Source: Betaproteobacteria bacterium
GTDB lineage: Bacteria; Pseudomonadota; Gammaproteobacteria; Burkholderiales; Rhodocyclaceae
Assembly: GCA_009779265.1 (NCBI GenBank)
Contig: WREP01000005.1
Location: 13,478-77,477, forward strand
DNA: 64,000 nucleotides
Direction: 5' to 3'
Made by a program: the position numbers and the translations under genes. This document shows positions 19,525 through 29,116 of this stretch, one piece after another. The notes below the pieces were generated by a model. That model searched no databases. It had not been told where the DNA came from and worked only from the letters and a program-made list of their open reading frames with translations. The stretch's first letter is position 1. The number at the start of each line of letters is the position of its first letter.

Positions 19525-20171
19525 TGAGACTCGACAAATACATGCCGGCCTGGCTCAAGCGCATCGGTCTGACCTCCGCCCTGCTGTTGTTCGTCGCCGG
19601 CATCGTCTTCTGGGGCGGCTTCAACTGGGCGCTGGAATGGACCAACCGGGAAGCTTTCTGCATCTCCTGCCACGAGATGGAGGAAAACGTCTTCCGCGAG
19701 TACCAGAACACCATCCACTACACCAACCGCACCGGCGTGCGCGCCACCTGCCCGGATTGCCATGTGCCGAAGGAGTGGGTGCCGAAGATCATCCGCAAGA
19801 TTCAGGCGTCCAACGAGGTTTTCCACAAAGTCCTCGGCACCATCAGCACGCCGGAGAAATTCAACGCCAAGCGCAGCCAGTTGTCGCAAAACGAGTGGCG
19901 GCGGATGAAGGCCAACGATTCTCAGGAATGCCGCAACTGCCACAACTACGACTACATGGACTACACCGAGCAGGGCAAGCGGGCGGCTAAACAGCATCCC
20001 GAGGCCTTCGTCGCCGGCAAGACCTGTATTGATTGCCACAAAGGCATCGCTCACCAGTTGCCGGCCATCGATCAGCACATTGGCGTCCAGAACGAAGGCG
20101 CTGTCGTCATGAGCCACGGCGAGGAGGATGAGGCCGAGAAGCCGCCGGCCGAGGGCGAAGGGCAGAACTGA
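19521..20171 (+). CDS. napC: Tetraheme quinol dehydrogenase NapC/NirT
   Basis: N-terminal TM helix with FWGGFN; CISCH, CPDCH, CRNCH and CIDCH motifs; ATGA overlap with napB. Confidence 0.95.
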   Translation: MMRLDKYMPAWLKRIGLTSALLLFVAGIVFWGGFNWALEWTNREAFCISCHEMEENVFREYQNTIHYTNRTGVRATCPDCHVPKEWVPKIIRKIQASNEVFHKVLGTISTPEKFNAKRSQLSQNEWRRMKANDSQECRNCHNYDYMDYTEQGKRAAKQHPEAFVAGKTCIDCHKGIAHQLPAIDQHIGVQNEGAVVMSHGEEDEAEKPPAEGEGQN

Positions 20172-20187
20172 GCAGATAAGGGTGATG

Positions 20188-20210
20188 CCCCGGCCTGGCC
20201 GGGGTTCTTC
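20188..20210 (+). terminator. Probable nap operon terminator
   Basis: CCCCGGCC-t-GGCCGGGG inverted repeat followed by TTCTTC, 16 nt after the napC stop. Confidence 0.55.
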
Positions 20211-20311
20211 CTCCGCATCTGCCGTGTTTAAAGCGCAAAATTGCGGCGGAGCCCATGAAAAAGCGCCTTGCGGCGCAACATTTCAACCACAAGGTATGTT
20301 ACTTTTCCCGT

Positions 20312-20339
20312 ACTGCCGTTCCGACGGCCAGTTTTTTTT
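20312..20339 (+). terminator. Terminator-like hairpin upstream of the HU gene
   Basis: ACTGCCGT-TCCG-ACGG(C)CAGT followed by a T8 run, 30 nt before the HU ATG. Confidence 0.5.
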
Positions 20340-20369
20340 ATTCAACACAGGTAACTAGGAGGCACTTAG

Positions 20370-20669
20370 ATGAACAAATCCGAGCTGGTCGAAGTTGCTG
20401 CAAAAGAAGCTGGTATCACCAAGGCTGCCGCCGACAAGGCCTTGTCGGCCATCGTCCAGGCGGTCGTCAAGACCGTGACCAAGGGGGAGTCGGTCACGCT
20501 CGTCGGATTCGGCACGTTCAAGTCTGCCAAGCGCGCCGCGCGCACCGGCAAGAATCCGAAAACCGGCGCCACGCTGAAGATTCCGGCCACCACGGTGCCG
20601 AAATTCACGGCCGGCACGGCCTTCAAGGCCGCTGTCGCCGCCAAGAAGCCTGCTGCCAAGAAGAAATAA
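20370..20669 (+). CDS. hup: Histone-like DNA-binding protein HU
   Basis: MNKSELVE, VTLVGFGTF, RTGKNPKTG and PKFTAG motifs; Lys/Ala-rich tail; AGGAGG ribosome-binding site. Confidence 0.95.
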   Translation: MNKSELVEVAAKEAGITKAAADKALSAIVQAVVKTVTKGESVTLVGFGTFKSAKRAARTGKNPKTGATLKIPATTVPKFTAGTAFKAAVAAKKPAAKKK

Positions 20670-20690
20670 GCTGGCGTTTTTATTCCTGCT

Positions 20691-20726
20691 GCGGGGTCCG
20701 TGACGAACGGGCTCCGCTTTTGTTTT
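20691..20726 (+). terminator. Intrinsic terminator after HU
   Basis: GCGGGGTCCGT / ACGGGCTCCGC 11-bp stem with GU pairs, then TTTTGTTTT. Confidence 0.7.
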
Positions 20727-20733
20727 ATTTGCG

Positions 20734-21060
20734 ATGACCCAATCAGACACCGAAAATCCTTCCGAAATCCCGAACGTCGCGCCGCAGCCCAACGATGGCC
20801 GGCGTCGCCTGCGCGAACTCCTGTCGATCCCGGAGCGCGACCGCAGCGATGAACAATGGGATGAAATCATCGAGCTGGAAATCCAGCTCGCGCCCGGCAA
20901 CCGCATCTCGGGTAACGAGTCCGGCCCGGGCGGTCGCCCGCCCATGCCCCAGGGTAAACCCGGGGGCGGTGGTAATGCCCAGAAGAAACATCGCCCGCGC
21001 GCCAACAATAATCGGCGTTCGCGCCAGAACAGGCCGCCCTCTGGCGGCAATGCCGCCTGA
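20734..21060 (+). CDS. Hypothetical protein (108 aa)
   Basis: Plausible helical core RRRLRELLSIPERDRSDEQWDEIIELEIQLAPGNR with a Gly/Arg/Asn-rich tail; fills the hup-dsbC gap. Confidence 0.7.
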   Translation: MTQSDTENPSEIPNVAPQPNDGRRRLRELLSIPERDRSDEQWDEIIELEIQLAPGNRISGNESGPGGRPPMPQGKPGGGGNAQKKHRPRANNNRRSRQNRPPSGGNAA

Positions 21061-21231
21061 GCCGGTGCGCGTCGTCGTCCGCTCGTGCCGCGCGGCGTCC
21101 GGCGGCATAGCCTGCGTCCCGTTTGCCGGGATGCCTGGCGGTGCGGCTGCGGGCCGAACTTGACCGGGCGTCCCTCCTTCGTCAAAAATGCCCTGATGCG
21201 CTGTGTGTTTGGCGTCTTCTAGGAGAATTGC

Positions 21232-21936
21232 ATGTTGAAGAAGTTGTTGGCCTTGGCTTGTGTCGTCCTTGCCTCTCCCCTGTTCGCGGCCACCGAGGAC
21301 GATATCAGCAAGGCCATGGAGGGATATCTCGGCATCAAGATCGAGAGCGTCGTCAAGGCCGGCTATTTCGGCCTCTACGAGGTGTACGCCGACGGCAATA
21401 TTTTCTACACCGACGAGAAGGTCAGCGCCATCATGGTGCGCGGCGAGTTGTACGATCCCCGCAGCAAGAAGAATGTCACCGAGGAACGCCTGCTCAAGCT
21501 GACCGCCATCCGCTTCGGCGACTTGCCGTTCGCCCAGGCGATCAAACTGGTGCGCGGCGACGGCAAACGGCAACTGGCCAGTTTCGAGGACCCCAATTGC
21601 GGTTATTGCAAACGGCTGGCCAGGGAGTTGCAGAAGCTCGACAACGTCACCATCCATGTTTTCCTTTACCCGATCCTGTCCGAGGATTCGCTGCGCAAGT
21701 CGCGGCAGATCTGGTGCTCGGCCGATCGCGCCAAGGCCTGGACCGACTGGATGGTCGATGGCAAGGAGCCGAGCGGGCGCGAGGACTGCGATACCTCGGC
21801 GCTGACGCGCAACCAAGCCTATGGCAGGCGCCTCAACATTTCCGGTACGCCGACCCTGTTCTTCGCCGATGGCGAGCGGGTGCCGGGGGCGATCCCCCTG
21901 GCGCGCATCGAGCAGAAGTTGACCCAGGCGCGGTAG
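21232..21936 (+). CDS. dsbC: DsbC-family thiol:disulfide isomerase
   Basis: Signal peptide, dimerisation domain, FEDPNCGYC active site, cis-Pro loop SGTPTL; AGGAG ribosome-binding site. Confidence 0.9.
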   Translation: MLKKLLALACVVLASPLFAATEDDISKAMEGYLGIKIESVVKAGYFGLYEVYADGNIFYTDEKVSAIMVRGELYDPRSKKNVTEERLLKLTAIRFGDLPFAQAIKLVRGDGKRQLASFEDPNCGYCKRLARELQKLDNVTIHVFLYPILSEDSLRKSRQIWCSADRAKAWTDWMVDGKEPSGREDCDTSALTRNQAYGRRLNISGTPTLFFADGERVPGAIPLARIEQKLTQAR

Positions 21937-22006
21937 CGCCGCCTTCCCACGGCGCCGACGGAGCGACAACCGCCACAGGGCGTTAAGGCGATTCCGGAAG
22001 ACCTTC

Positions 22007-23971
22007 ATGTCCGAACCTGTTCCGCAACTTGTGCAACCCAGCCATTGGCGAGGGCGCCGGCTACTCGCCGTCTTCGTCGCCACCGTGGTTGGCGCCGTCT
22101 TGTTGCTCGGCCTGGTGCTTGGCGAGGTCTATCGGCAAGCCGGCCGCCAGGCCGAGGCGGATGCCGACGATCTCGCCGTGGCGCTCGAGGATCGCTTGGG
22201 CAGCGTCTTGCGCCGCCTGCAGGCCGATCTCGAATATCTGGCGGTGGCGCTGCCGGTCGAAGCCCTGGCGCCGGGCGGCGACAAACAGTGGGAGCTGGTG
22301 GTCGAGCGCCAGTTGGCGCTGGAGGCCGCGCGTTTTCCCGAAATTCTCGGCTACCGGCTGCTCGATGGCACAGGCCGCTTGCGCTATTCCTCGCACCCTG
22401 GCCGGATACCGCTCGACGCCAGCGATCGCGACTATTTCACCGCTTTGCGCGACGATCCGAGCTTGCGGCTATTTTTTTCACAGGTACTGACTAGCCGCTA
22501 CAACGGTCGGCCGATGTTGGCCGTTGCCGTGCCCCTGCGCGATGCGCGCGGCGTTTTTCGCGGCGTACTGATGGCGCCGCTCGCCCTCGATTATTTGCAG
22601 CGCCTGCTCGACGCGGCCCGGCTCGGCGAAAACAGCGTCCTCGCCCTGCTCCGCAGCGACAACGAAAGTCTGATACTGAGTCGGCAACAGCGCTTGAAGG
22701 AGGGCGAGCACGTGCTGACCGGCAACCCTTTGCAAGGCCGCTTAGAGGCCGGCGAGCGCGCTGGCAACATCTCCTTTCGGGGCTTGCGCGACGGCGTTCA
22801 GCGGCAGTATGCCTGGCGCCAGGTTAGCGACTATCCGTTCTACGTTGTCGCCGGCATTGCCGCCGAGGATTATCTGGCCAACTGGCGGGCGCTGGTGCTG
22901 CTGACCGGCCTGTTTGCCTTGTTCCTGGCGCTGGTCCTGGGCCTCTTGCTGCGCCGCCTGTTGCGTGTCGAGCGCGAGGATGCGGTGATCGGCGCCCGTC
23001 TCGCCGACAGCGAGGAGCGCTATCGCCTCTTGGCCGAGAACAGCCACGACGTGATCTGGACCCTCGATATCGCCTCGCGCAGCCTCACCTATGTCAGTCC
23101 GTCGGTGCTTAACCTGCGCGGCTATACGCCCGATGAAGCCGTCGGGCAAACGCTGGAACAGTGGTTGACGCCCAATTCGGCCAGCCGCCTGGGGGGCGAG
23201 ATCAAGCGGCATCTCAAGCGCATCGCCGCCGGCGACCATGCGGCGCAGATCGTCACCTGCGAACTGGAGCAACTGCGCCGCGATGGCGGCAGCGTGCCGA
23301 CCGAAGTGGTTGCCAGCTACCTGTTCGACGCCGAAGGCGTGCCGCGCCAGATGCTCGGCATTACCCGCGATGTCAGTGAAAGGAAGCAAGCCGAAGAAAC
23401 GCTGCGCGAGAGTAACCGGCAATTGCAACTGCGTCTCGACGAGATCGGCCGCCTGCAGTCGGCGCTACAGGAACAAGCCCTGCGTGACGGCCTGACCCAC
23501 CTGTACAACCGGCGCTATCTCGACGGCATGCTCGAGCGCGAAGTGTCGCGGGTGCGCCGCGAGGGTACGCACTTGTCTCTGGTGATGCTCGATATTGATC
23601 ATTTCAAGCAGGTTAACGACACCTACGGCCATCAGGCCGGCGACGAGGTGCTGCGCGTTCTGGCGGCCACCTTGCTGGCCGACATCCGTGCCGAGGATAC
23701 GGCCTGTCGCTACGGCGGCGAGGAATTCCTCATCCTGCTGCCCAACATGCCGCTGGAGGCGGCCATTCAGCGCGCCGAAAACTGGCGGCTGGCGGTCGAG
23801 GGGCTGACGGTGGAGCACGGCGAATTCAGCATTGCCTTTACCATCTCGCTTGGCGTTGCCGCCTATCCCGAGCACGGCAAGACTTCCGACGACCTGATTC
23901 GTTGCGCCGATCAGGCGCTGTACCAAGCCAAGGCCGCCGGTCGCAACCGGGTACTGGCCTACGCCGCCTGA
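22007..23971 (+). CDS. Membrane diguanylate cyclase (Cache-like periplasmic sensor, PAS, GGDEF)
   Basis: Two TM segments around a Cache-like region (DRDYF); PAS (YVSPS); DGLTHLYNRRY, DIDHFK, RYGGEEF; RxxD I-site (RAED). Confidence 0.9.
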   Translation: MSEPVPQLVQPSHWRGRRLLAVFVATVVGAVLLLGLVLGEVYRQAGRQAEADADDLAVALEDRLGSVLRRLQADLEYLAVALPVEALAPGGDKQWELVVERQLALEAARFPEILGYRLLDGTGRLRYSSHPGRIPLDASDRDYFTALRDDPSLRLFFSQVLTSRYNGRPMLAVAVPLRDARGVFRGVLMAPLALDYLQRLLDAARLGENSVLALLRSDNESLILSRQQRLKEGEHVLTGNPLQGRLEAGERAGNISFRGLRDGVQRQYAWRQVSDYPFYVVAGIAAEDYLANWRALVLLTGLFALFLALVLGLLLRRLLRVEREDAVIGARLADSEERYRLLAENSHDVIWTLDIASRSLTYVSPSVLNLRGYTPDEAVGQTLEQWLTPNSASRLGGEIKRHLKRIAAGDHAAQIVTCELEQLRRDGGSVPTEVVASYLFDAEGVPRQMLGITRDVSERKQAEETLRESNRQLQLRLDEIGRLQSALQEQALRDGLTHLYNRRYLDGMLEREVSRVRREGTHLSLVMLDIDHFKQVNDTYGHQAGDEVLRVLAATLLADIRAEDTACRYGGEEFLILLPNMPLEAAIQRAENWRLAVEGLTVEHGEFSIAFTISLGVAAYPEHGKTSDDLIRCADQALYQAKAAGRNRVLAYAA

Positions 23972-24184
23972 GCCTTTTCCGGGCGCTCTCGATTCCTCCC
24001 ACTTGAGTTTGTCGCTACCCGGTTGGAATGACCGGCAAGGCTGGGCGCGCGCCCGCGCAAACTGCTTATAAATCACTTTAAGAGTCGTTTTCCAGCCATT
24101 GATTTTTAAGGATTAATTTTTCAAAAACTGCCTCACAAAACGCCCCTAAGTCATTGTTGCGTAAGAAAAAAATTCACTTTTACC

Positions 24185-24213
24185 TTGACGCTGTTGGCGC
24201 CTTGTCCTAAAGT
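24185..24213 (+). promoter_or_regulatory. Sigma70 promoter of the dcw cluster
   Basis: TTGACG-N17-TAAAGT preceded by an AT-rich upstream region. Confidence 0.8.
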
Positions 24214-24246
24214 GGGAAAATGTGTTGAAAAGTGGGTAAACAGGGG
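24212..24246 (+). promoter_or_regulatory. MraZ-binding direct repeats
   Basis: GTGGG (24212), GTGTT (24222), GTGGG (24232) and AGGGG (24242) at 10-bp periodicity, as known for MraZ operators. Confidence 0.75.
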
Positions 24247-24251
24247 TGGCG

Positions 24252-24701
24252 ATGTTCGAAGGGGCGACGGCGCTCAGTCTGGATGCGAAGGGGCGGCTTG
24301 CCATACCGGCAAGGCACCGCGAGTCCCTGCTCGCCGCCGCCGAGGGCTCGCTGGTTCTGACCGCGCATCCGCACCGTTGTCTGCTGCTTTACCCGGCCCC
24401 GGCCTGGCAGCCGATCCGCGCCCAAGTGCTGAAGGCTTCCAGCCTCGATCCGCGGGCGGCGGCGATCAAGCGCGTGCTGGTCGGCAATGCGCGCACCGAG
24501 GAGCTCGATTCGGCCGGGCGCCTCCTTATCGCGCCCGAGTTGCGCGCTTACGCCCAGCTTGAAAAGACCATCTATCTGGTCGGCATGGGCAGTCATTTCG
24601 AGATCTGGAGCGAGGCCGCCTGGCAGCAACAGAACGATCTTGCCGCCGAAATCATGAGCAGCGGCGAGTTGCCGGACTGTTTCGGAGATCTGGCGCTATG
24701 A
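24252..24701 (+). CDS. mraZ: Division/cell-wall cluster transcriptional repressor MraZ
   Basis: [29 protein letters not shown] and FEIWS motifs. Confidence 0.95.
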   Translation: MFEGATALSLDAKGRLAIPARHRESLLAAAEGSLVLTAHPHRCLLLYPAPAWQPIRAQVLKASSLDPRAAAIKRVLVGNARTEELDSAGRLLIAPELRAYAQLEKTIYLVGMGSHFEIWSEAAWQQQNDLAAEIMSSGELPDCFGDLAL

Positions 24702-25624
24702 GCGCCGCTGGCGCCCACGTCGCGGTATTGCTCGACAAGGCGGTGGAGTCCCTGGCAATCAAGGCCGACGGCATCTATATCGATGCCACTTTTGGCCGCG
24801 GCGGCCACAGTCGCCGCATTCTCGCCGCGCTCGGCGCGGGCGGTCGGCTACTGGCTCTCGACCGCGACCCGGAAGCCATTGCCGCTGGCGCGGCCATCGA
24901 GGACGCGCGCTTTTGCCTGCGTCATCGGGCCTTTGGCGAATTGGCCGAGGCCGCGCGCGAGGCGGGGTTTTCCGGGGTGGATGGAATTTTGTTCGATGTC
25001 GGGGTGTCGTCGCCGCAAATCGACGACGGGAAGCGCGGCTTCAGCTTCCGCCACGACGCGCCGCTCGACATGCGGATGGATACGACGCAGGGAGAGACGG
25101 CAGCGGAGTGGCTGGCGCGGGCCGAGTTGAGGGAAATTACGGAGGTCATCAGAAACCATGGCGAAGAACGGTTTGCTTTCCAGATTGCAAAGAAGGTTGT
25201 GGCTGCTCGGCTCGAACAGCCTATTGTCAGCACAGCACAGTTCGCGGCCCTCGTACGCGCGGCCGTGCGCACCCGTGAACCAGGGCAGGACGCGGCGACG
25301 CGCAGCTTTCAGGCTCTACGGATTCATATCAATCAGGAGCTCCGCCAGTTGGCGTTAGCCTTGCCGCAGGCGCTCGATTTGCTGAAACCGGGCGGGCGGC
25401 TGGTGGTGATCAGCTTCCATTCGCTGGAAGACCGCATCGTCAAGAACTTCATGCGCGCCCAGGCGACGCCCGACACGCTGCCCAAGGCCATGCCGCTGCG
25501 CGCCGACCAGTTGCCGCCGCCGAAGCTGCGCTGCATCGGCCGGGCGATCCGTGCCGATGCCGCCGAGACGGCGGCCAATCCGCGCGCGCGCAGCGCCGTC
25601 ATGCGGGTCGCGGAGAAGCTCTGA
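24698..25624 (+). CDS. rsmH: 16S rRNA m4C1402 methyltransferase
   Basis: [39 protein letters not shown] and NPRARSA motifs. Confidence 0.97.
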   Translation: MSAAGAHVAVLLDKAVESLAIKADGIYIDATFGRGGHSRRILAALGAGGRLLALDRDPEAIAAGAAIEDARFCLRHRAFGELAEAAREAGFSGVDGILFDVGVSSPQIDDGKRGFSFRHDAPLDMRMDTTQGETAAEWLARAELREITEVIRNHGEERFAFQIAKKVVAARLEQPIVSTAQFAALVRAAVRTREPGQDAATRSFQALRIHINQELRQLALALPQALDLLKPGGRLVVISFHSLEDRIVKNFMRAQATPDTLPKAMPLRADQLPPPKLRCIGRAIRADAAETAANPRARSAVMRVAEKL

Positions 25625-25899
25625 TGCTGCGTTTCAATATGAGTCTCCTGCTCATCCTCGTGGTCTGCGCGCTGGCGCTGGTGACCTCGCAGCACCGGGC
25701 GCGCAAGCTGTTCCAGGAACTTGAACAGGATCAGGAGCGGGCGCGCCAGTTCGAGGTCGAATACGGCCAGTTGCAACTGGAAATGTCGACCTGGGCCACG
25801 CATGCGCGCATCGAGAAAATCGCCCGCGACCGTCTGCGCATGATCCAGCCGGACGCCGCCGGTCGTCCGCTGGCGCTCAAGACGGCGGGAGGGCGCTGA
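25624..25899 (+). CDS. ftsL: Cell division protein FtsL
   Basis: Short N-terminal TM helix plus coiled coil (EYGQLQLEMSTW..RIEKIA) between rsmH and ftsI. Confidence 0.92.
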   Translation: MLRFNMSLLLILVVCALALVTSQHRARKLFQELEQDQERARQFEVEYGQLQLEMSTWATHARIEKIARDRLRMIQPDAAGRPLALKTAGGR

Positions 25900-27644
25900 T
25901 GGTCGTTCGCCGTCGTCCGCAACGCGGTCATCGCTATACCGAAAGTCCGGTGCTGGAACTGGCGCTGCAAGGCTGGCGCTCGCGCATGGTTGGCCTGTTG
26001 CTGATGGCCGCGCTATTCGCCCTGATCATTCGCGCCTTCTATTTGCAAGTGATCCAGAACGATTTCCTGCAGGAAAAGGGCGATTCCCGCTATCGCCGCG
26101 ACATCGAGGTATCGGCCTCGCGCGGGCGCATCGTCGACCGCCACGGCGACATGCTGGCGGTGTCGACGCCGATGCAGTCGATCTGGGCCATTCCCGCCGA
26201 TGCGCGGACCATGACGGCGACGCAGAAGCAGCAACTGGCCGGCATGCTGGAGATGACTGCGCGCGAACTGGATGGCCGGATCGCCGCCGACAAGAATTTC
26301 GTCTACCTCCGCCGTCAGGTTTCGCCGGAAAGCGGCGAGCGCATCGCCGCGCTCAAGCTACCGGGCATCCACCAGGAAAAGGAATACCGCCGTTTCTATC
26401 CGGCCGGCGACATGACGGCGCACATCGTCGGTTTCACCGGCGTCGACGACAAGGGCCTGGAAGGCGTCGAACTGGCCTTCCAGCAGAGCCTGCTCGGGCG
26501 GCCCGGCAACCGCACGGTGATTCGCGACCGGCGCGGCAATATTGTCGAGGATGTCGGCGCCATGCGGCCGCCGCAGGATGGCAAGGACATCCGCCTGGCG
26601 CTCGATTCGAAAATACAGTACCTGGCCTACAGTCAATTGAAGGCGACCGTCGACGCGCACCGCGCCAAGGCCGGCGGCGCCGTCGTCATCGACGCCCGCA
26701 GCGGGGAAATCCTGGCCCTCGCCAACTGGCCGGCCTACAACCCGAACAACCGGCAGAACCTGTCCGGCGCGCCGCTGCGCAATCGCGCCATCACCGACGC
26801 CTTCGAACCCGGCTCGGTGCTGAAGCCCTTTATCGCCGCCCTGGCGCTGGAACAGGGCAAGCTCACCATCAATACGCCGATCCACACCGAGCCGGGGCGG
26901 ATGACCCTCAACGGCGCGACCATTACCGATCCCTATCCGCATGGCGTCTTGACCGTTGCCGGCGTTATCCAGAAATCGTCCAACATCGGCTCCGCCAAAA
27001 TCGCCCTCGGCTTCTCGCCGCGCGAGATGTGGGAGTTGTACGACAAGCTCGGTTTCGGCCAGACGCCCAGCCTCGGCTTTCCCGGCGAGATTGGTGGCCG
27101 CCTGCGGCCGTGGAAAAGCTGGCGGCCCATCGAGCAGGCGACCATGTCTTACGGTCACGGCATTTCCGTCAGTCTGATCCAGTTGGCGCGCGCTTACACC
27201 GTGTTCGCCAACGATGGCGAGGTGATGCCGCTCTCCCTGTTGCAAGTCGATGAGATGCCGGTGCGCGGCGAACGTGTCTTTTCCCCCCAGACCGTGCGCG
27301 AAACCCGACTGATGCTGGAAATGGTCGTGCAGCCGGGCGGCACCGCGCCGCGCGCGCGCGTCGCCGGCTACCGGGTCGGCGGCAAGAGCGGCACCGCCTA
27401 CAAAATCGAGGACGGCGCCTATGCCCGCAAATACGTTGCTTCCTTCGTCGGCGTCGCGCCCATCAGCGACCCGCGCCTGGTCATCGCCGTCATGATCGAC
27501 GAGCCCTCGCTCGGCCATTACGGCGGCGATGTTGCTGGCCCCGCATTTTCGCGCATCGCCGCCGGCGCCCTGCGCAGCCTCGGCGTGCCGCTTGACGCGC
27601 CGCTTCAGTTGGCCGCCGCCGACAGCGGCAAGGAGCCGCTATGA
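25899..27644 (+). CDS. ftsI: Peptidoglycan D,D-transpeptidase FtsI (PBP3)
   Basis: RGRIVDR, FEPGSVLKP (SxxK), KSSNIG (SxN) and GGKSGTA (KSG) motifs. Confidence 0.96.
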   Translation: MVVRRRPQRGHRYTESPVLELALQGWRSRMVGLLLMAALFALIIRAFYLQVIQNDFLQEKGDSRYRRDIEVSASRGRIVDRHGDMLAVSTPMQSIWAIPADARTMTATQKQQLAGMLEMTARELDGRIAADKNFVYLRRQVSPESGERIAALKLPGIHQEKEYRRFYPAGDMTAHIVGFTGVDDKGLEGVELAFQQSLLGRPGNRTVIRDRRGNIVEDVGAMRPPQDGKDIRLALDSKIQYLAYSQLKATVDAHRAKAGGAVVIDARSGEILALANWPAYNPNNRQNLSGAPLRNRAITDAFEPGSVLKPFIAALALEQGKLTINTPIHTEPGRMTLNGATITDPYPHGVLTVAGVIQKSSNIGSAKIALGFSPREMWELYDKLGFGQTPSLGFPGEIGGRLRPWKSWRPIEQATMSYGHGISVSLIQLARAYTVFANDGEVMPLSLLQVDEMPVRGERVFSPQTVRETRLMLEMVVQPGGTAPRARVAGYRVGGKSGTAYKIEDGAYARKYVASFVGVAPISDPRLVIAVMIDEPSLGHYGGDVAGPAFSRIAAGALRSLGVPLDAPLQLAAADSGKEPL

Positions 27645-29116
27645 GTACGGCGTACGACCTGATCGACGCGCTCGGCGTCGCCCTGAGTGGCGCCGCGGAC
27701 GATAGCCGCCAAGTGCGCCCGGGCGATTTGTTCATCGCCTATCCCGGCGATCTGGCCGACGGCCGCCGCTATATCGCCGACGCCATCGAGCGCGGCGCCG
27801 CCGCCGTGCTCTGGCAGCCGGGCGGCGATTTCGTCTGGGATGCGGCGTGGCAACTGCCCAATCGCCCGGTCGAGGACCTGCGCCCGCTGGCCGGGCCGCT
27901 CGCCCACGCCATTTACGCCCATCCGAGCGAATCCCTGTCGCTTATTGCCATCACCGGCACCAATGGCAAGACCACCGTTAGCCAGTGCCTGGCCCAGGCG
28001 TATGCCAAGCCCTGCGCCATTATTGGCACGCTCGGCGCGGGTTTTCCCGGCGAACTGGCCGAAACCGGCTTCACCACGCCGGAAGCGACGGTGCTGATGC
28101 GCTGCCTCGCCGAATTCCGCGCCCGCGGAGCCGCCGCCTGCGCCCTGGAGGCCAGTTCCATCGGCATCGAGGAGGGGCGGCTGAACGGCGCCCGCGTCGA
28201 TGTGGCGGTATTCACCAATATCACCCGCGATCATCTCGATTATCACGGCAGCATGGAAGCCTACGCGGCGGCCAAGGAAAAACTGTTCCGCTGGCCGCGC
28301 CTGCGCACCGCCGTCGTCAATCTCGACGATGCGCTCGGGCCGCGCCTGGCCGCCGAAACCACCGCCCTGCGCGTGCTCGGCTACGGCATTGGCGGCGAGC
28401 GCCGCGATTTCTTTGCCCAGGTGCGCGCCGAAAATCTGGAGGAAACGCCGTTCGGCCAGCGTTTCACGCTGATCCTGCCGAATGGACGCGGCACCGTCGA
28501 TAGCACCCTGGTCGGTCGCTACAACGTTTCCAACCTGTTGGCCGTGGCCGCCGTGCTGCACGACGCCGGTTTGGCGGCGGCCGATGTCGTCCGCCGTCTG
28601 GCCGAACTGACGCCGCCGCCGGGGCGCATGCAGCGGCTCGGCGGCAATGGCGAGCCGCTGCTGGTCATCGACTATGCCCACACGCCGGATGCCCTGGACA
28701 ACGCGCTGGCCGCGCTGCGCGCCGTGGCTGACGGGCGCGGCGGCCGGCTGGCCGTGGTTTTCGGCTGCGGCGGCGACCGCGATCGCGGCAAGCGTCCGCA
28801 AATGGCCGAAGTCGCCTGCCGCCGCGCCGACCGCGTGCTGGTGACCAGCGACAATCCGCGCGGCGAGGCGCCGGCGGCCATCGTCGCCGACATCATGGCC
28901 GGCCTCACCCATGGCGAAGCTGAAATCGACCGTGCGGCGGCCATCGTCAGGGCGGTGCGCGAGGCCGACGCGCGCGACGTCATCCTGCTGGCCGGCAAGG
29001 GACATGAGGCTTATCAGGAAATCGCCGGCATCCGTTATCCCTTCTCCGACATCGAAGAAGCGCAAAAGGCGCTGGCCGCGCGGCGCGGCGACGATAGCCA
29101 GGAGGTCGCCGCATGA
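27641..29116 (+). CDS. murE: UDP-MurNAc-dipeptide:meso-DAP ligase
   Basis: ITGTNGKTT, TTPE, FTNITRDHLDYH, DYAHTPDAL, GCGGDRD and DNPR (DAP-specific) motifs. Confidence 0.96.
   Translation: MSTAYDLIDALGVALSGAADDSRQVRPGDLFIAYPGDLADGRRYIADAIERGAAAVLWQPGGDFVWDAAWQLPNRPVEDLRPLAGPLAHAIYAHPSESLSLIAITGTNGKTTVSQCLAQAYAKPCAIIGTLGAGFPGELAETGFTTPEATVLMRCLAEFRARGAAACALEASSIGIEEGRLNGARVDVAVFTNITRDHLDYHGSMEAYAAAKEKLFRWPRLRTAVVNLDDALGPRLAAETTALRVLGYGIGGERRDFFAQVRAENLEETPFGQRFTLILPNGRGTVDSTLVGRYNVSNLLAVAAVLHDAGLAAADVVRRLAELTPPPGRMQRLGGNGEPLLVIDYAHTPDALDNALAALRAVADGRGGRLAVVFGCGGDRDRGKRPQMAEVACRRADRVLVTSDNPRGEAPAAIVADIMAGLTHGEAEIDRAAAIVRAVREADARDVILLAGKGHEAYQEIAGIRYPFSDIEEAQKALAARRGDDSQEVAA

Noticed and set aside
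24147-24159. IHF-like site TAAGTCATTGTTG upstream of the dcw promoter
   Set aside because: It mismatches the WATCAA core and sits in AT-rich DNA, so the match is too weak to call.
23972-24184. Possible RNase P RNA or other ncRNA upstream of mraZ
   Set aside because: Too short, and no RNase P conserved segments are visible; it reads as AT-rich promoter DNA.
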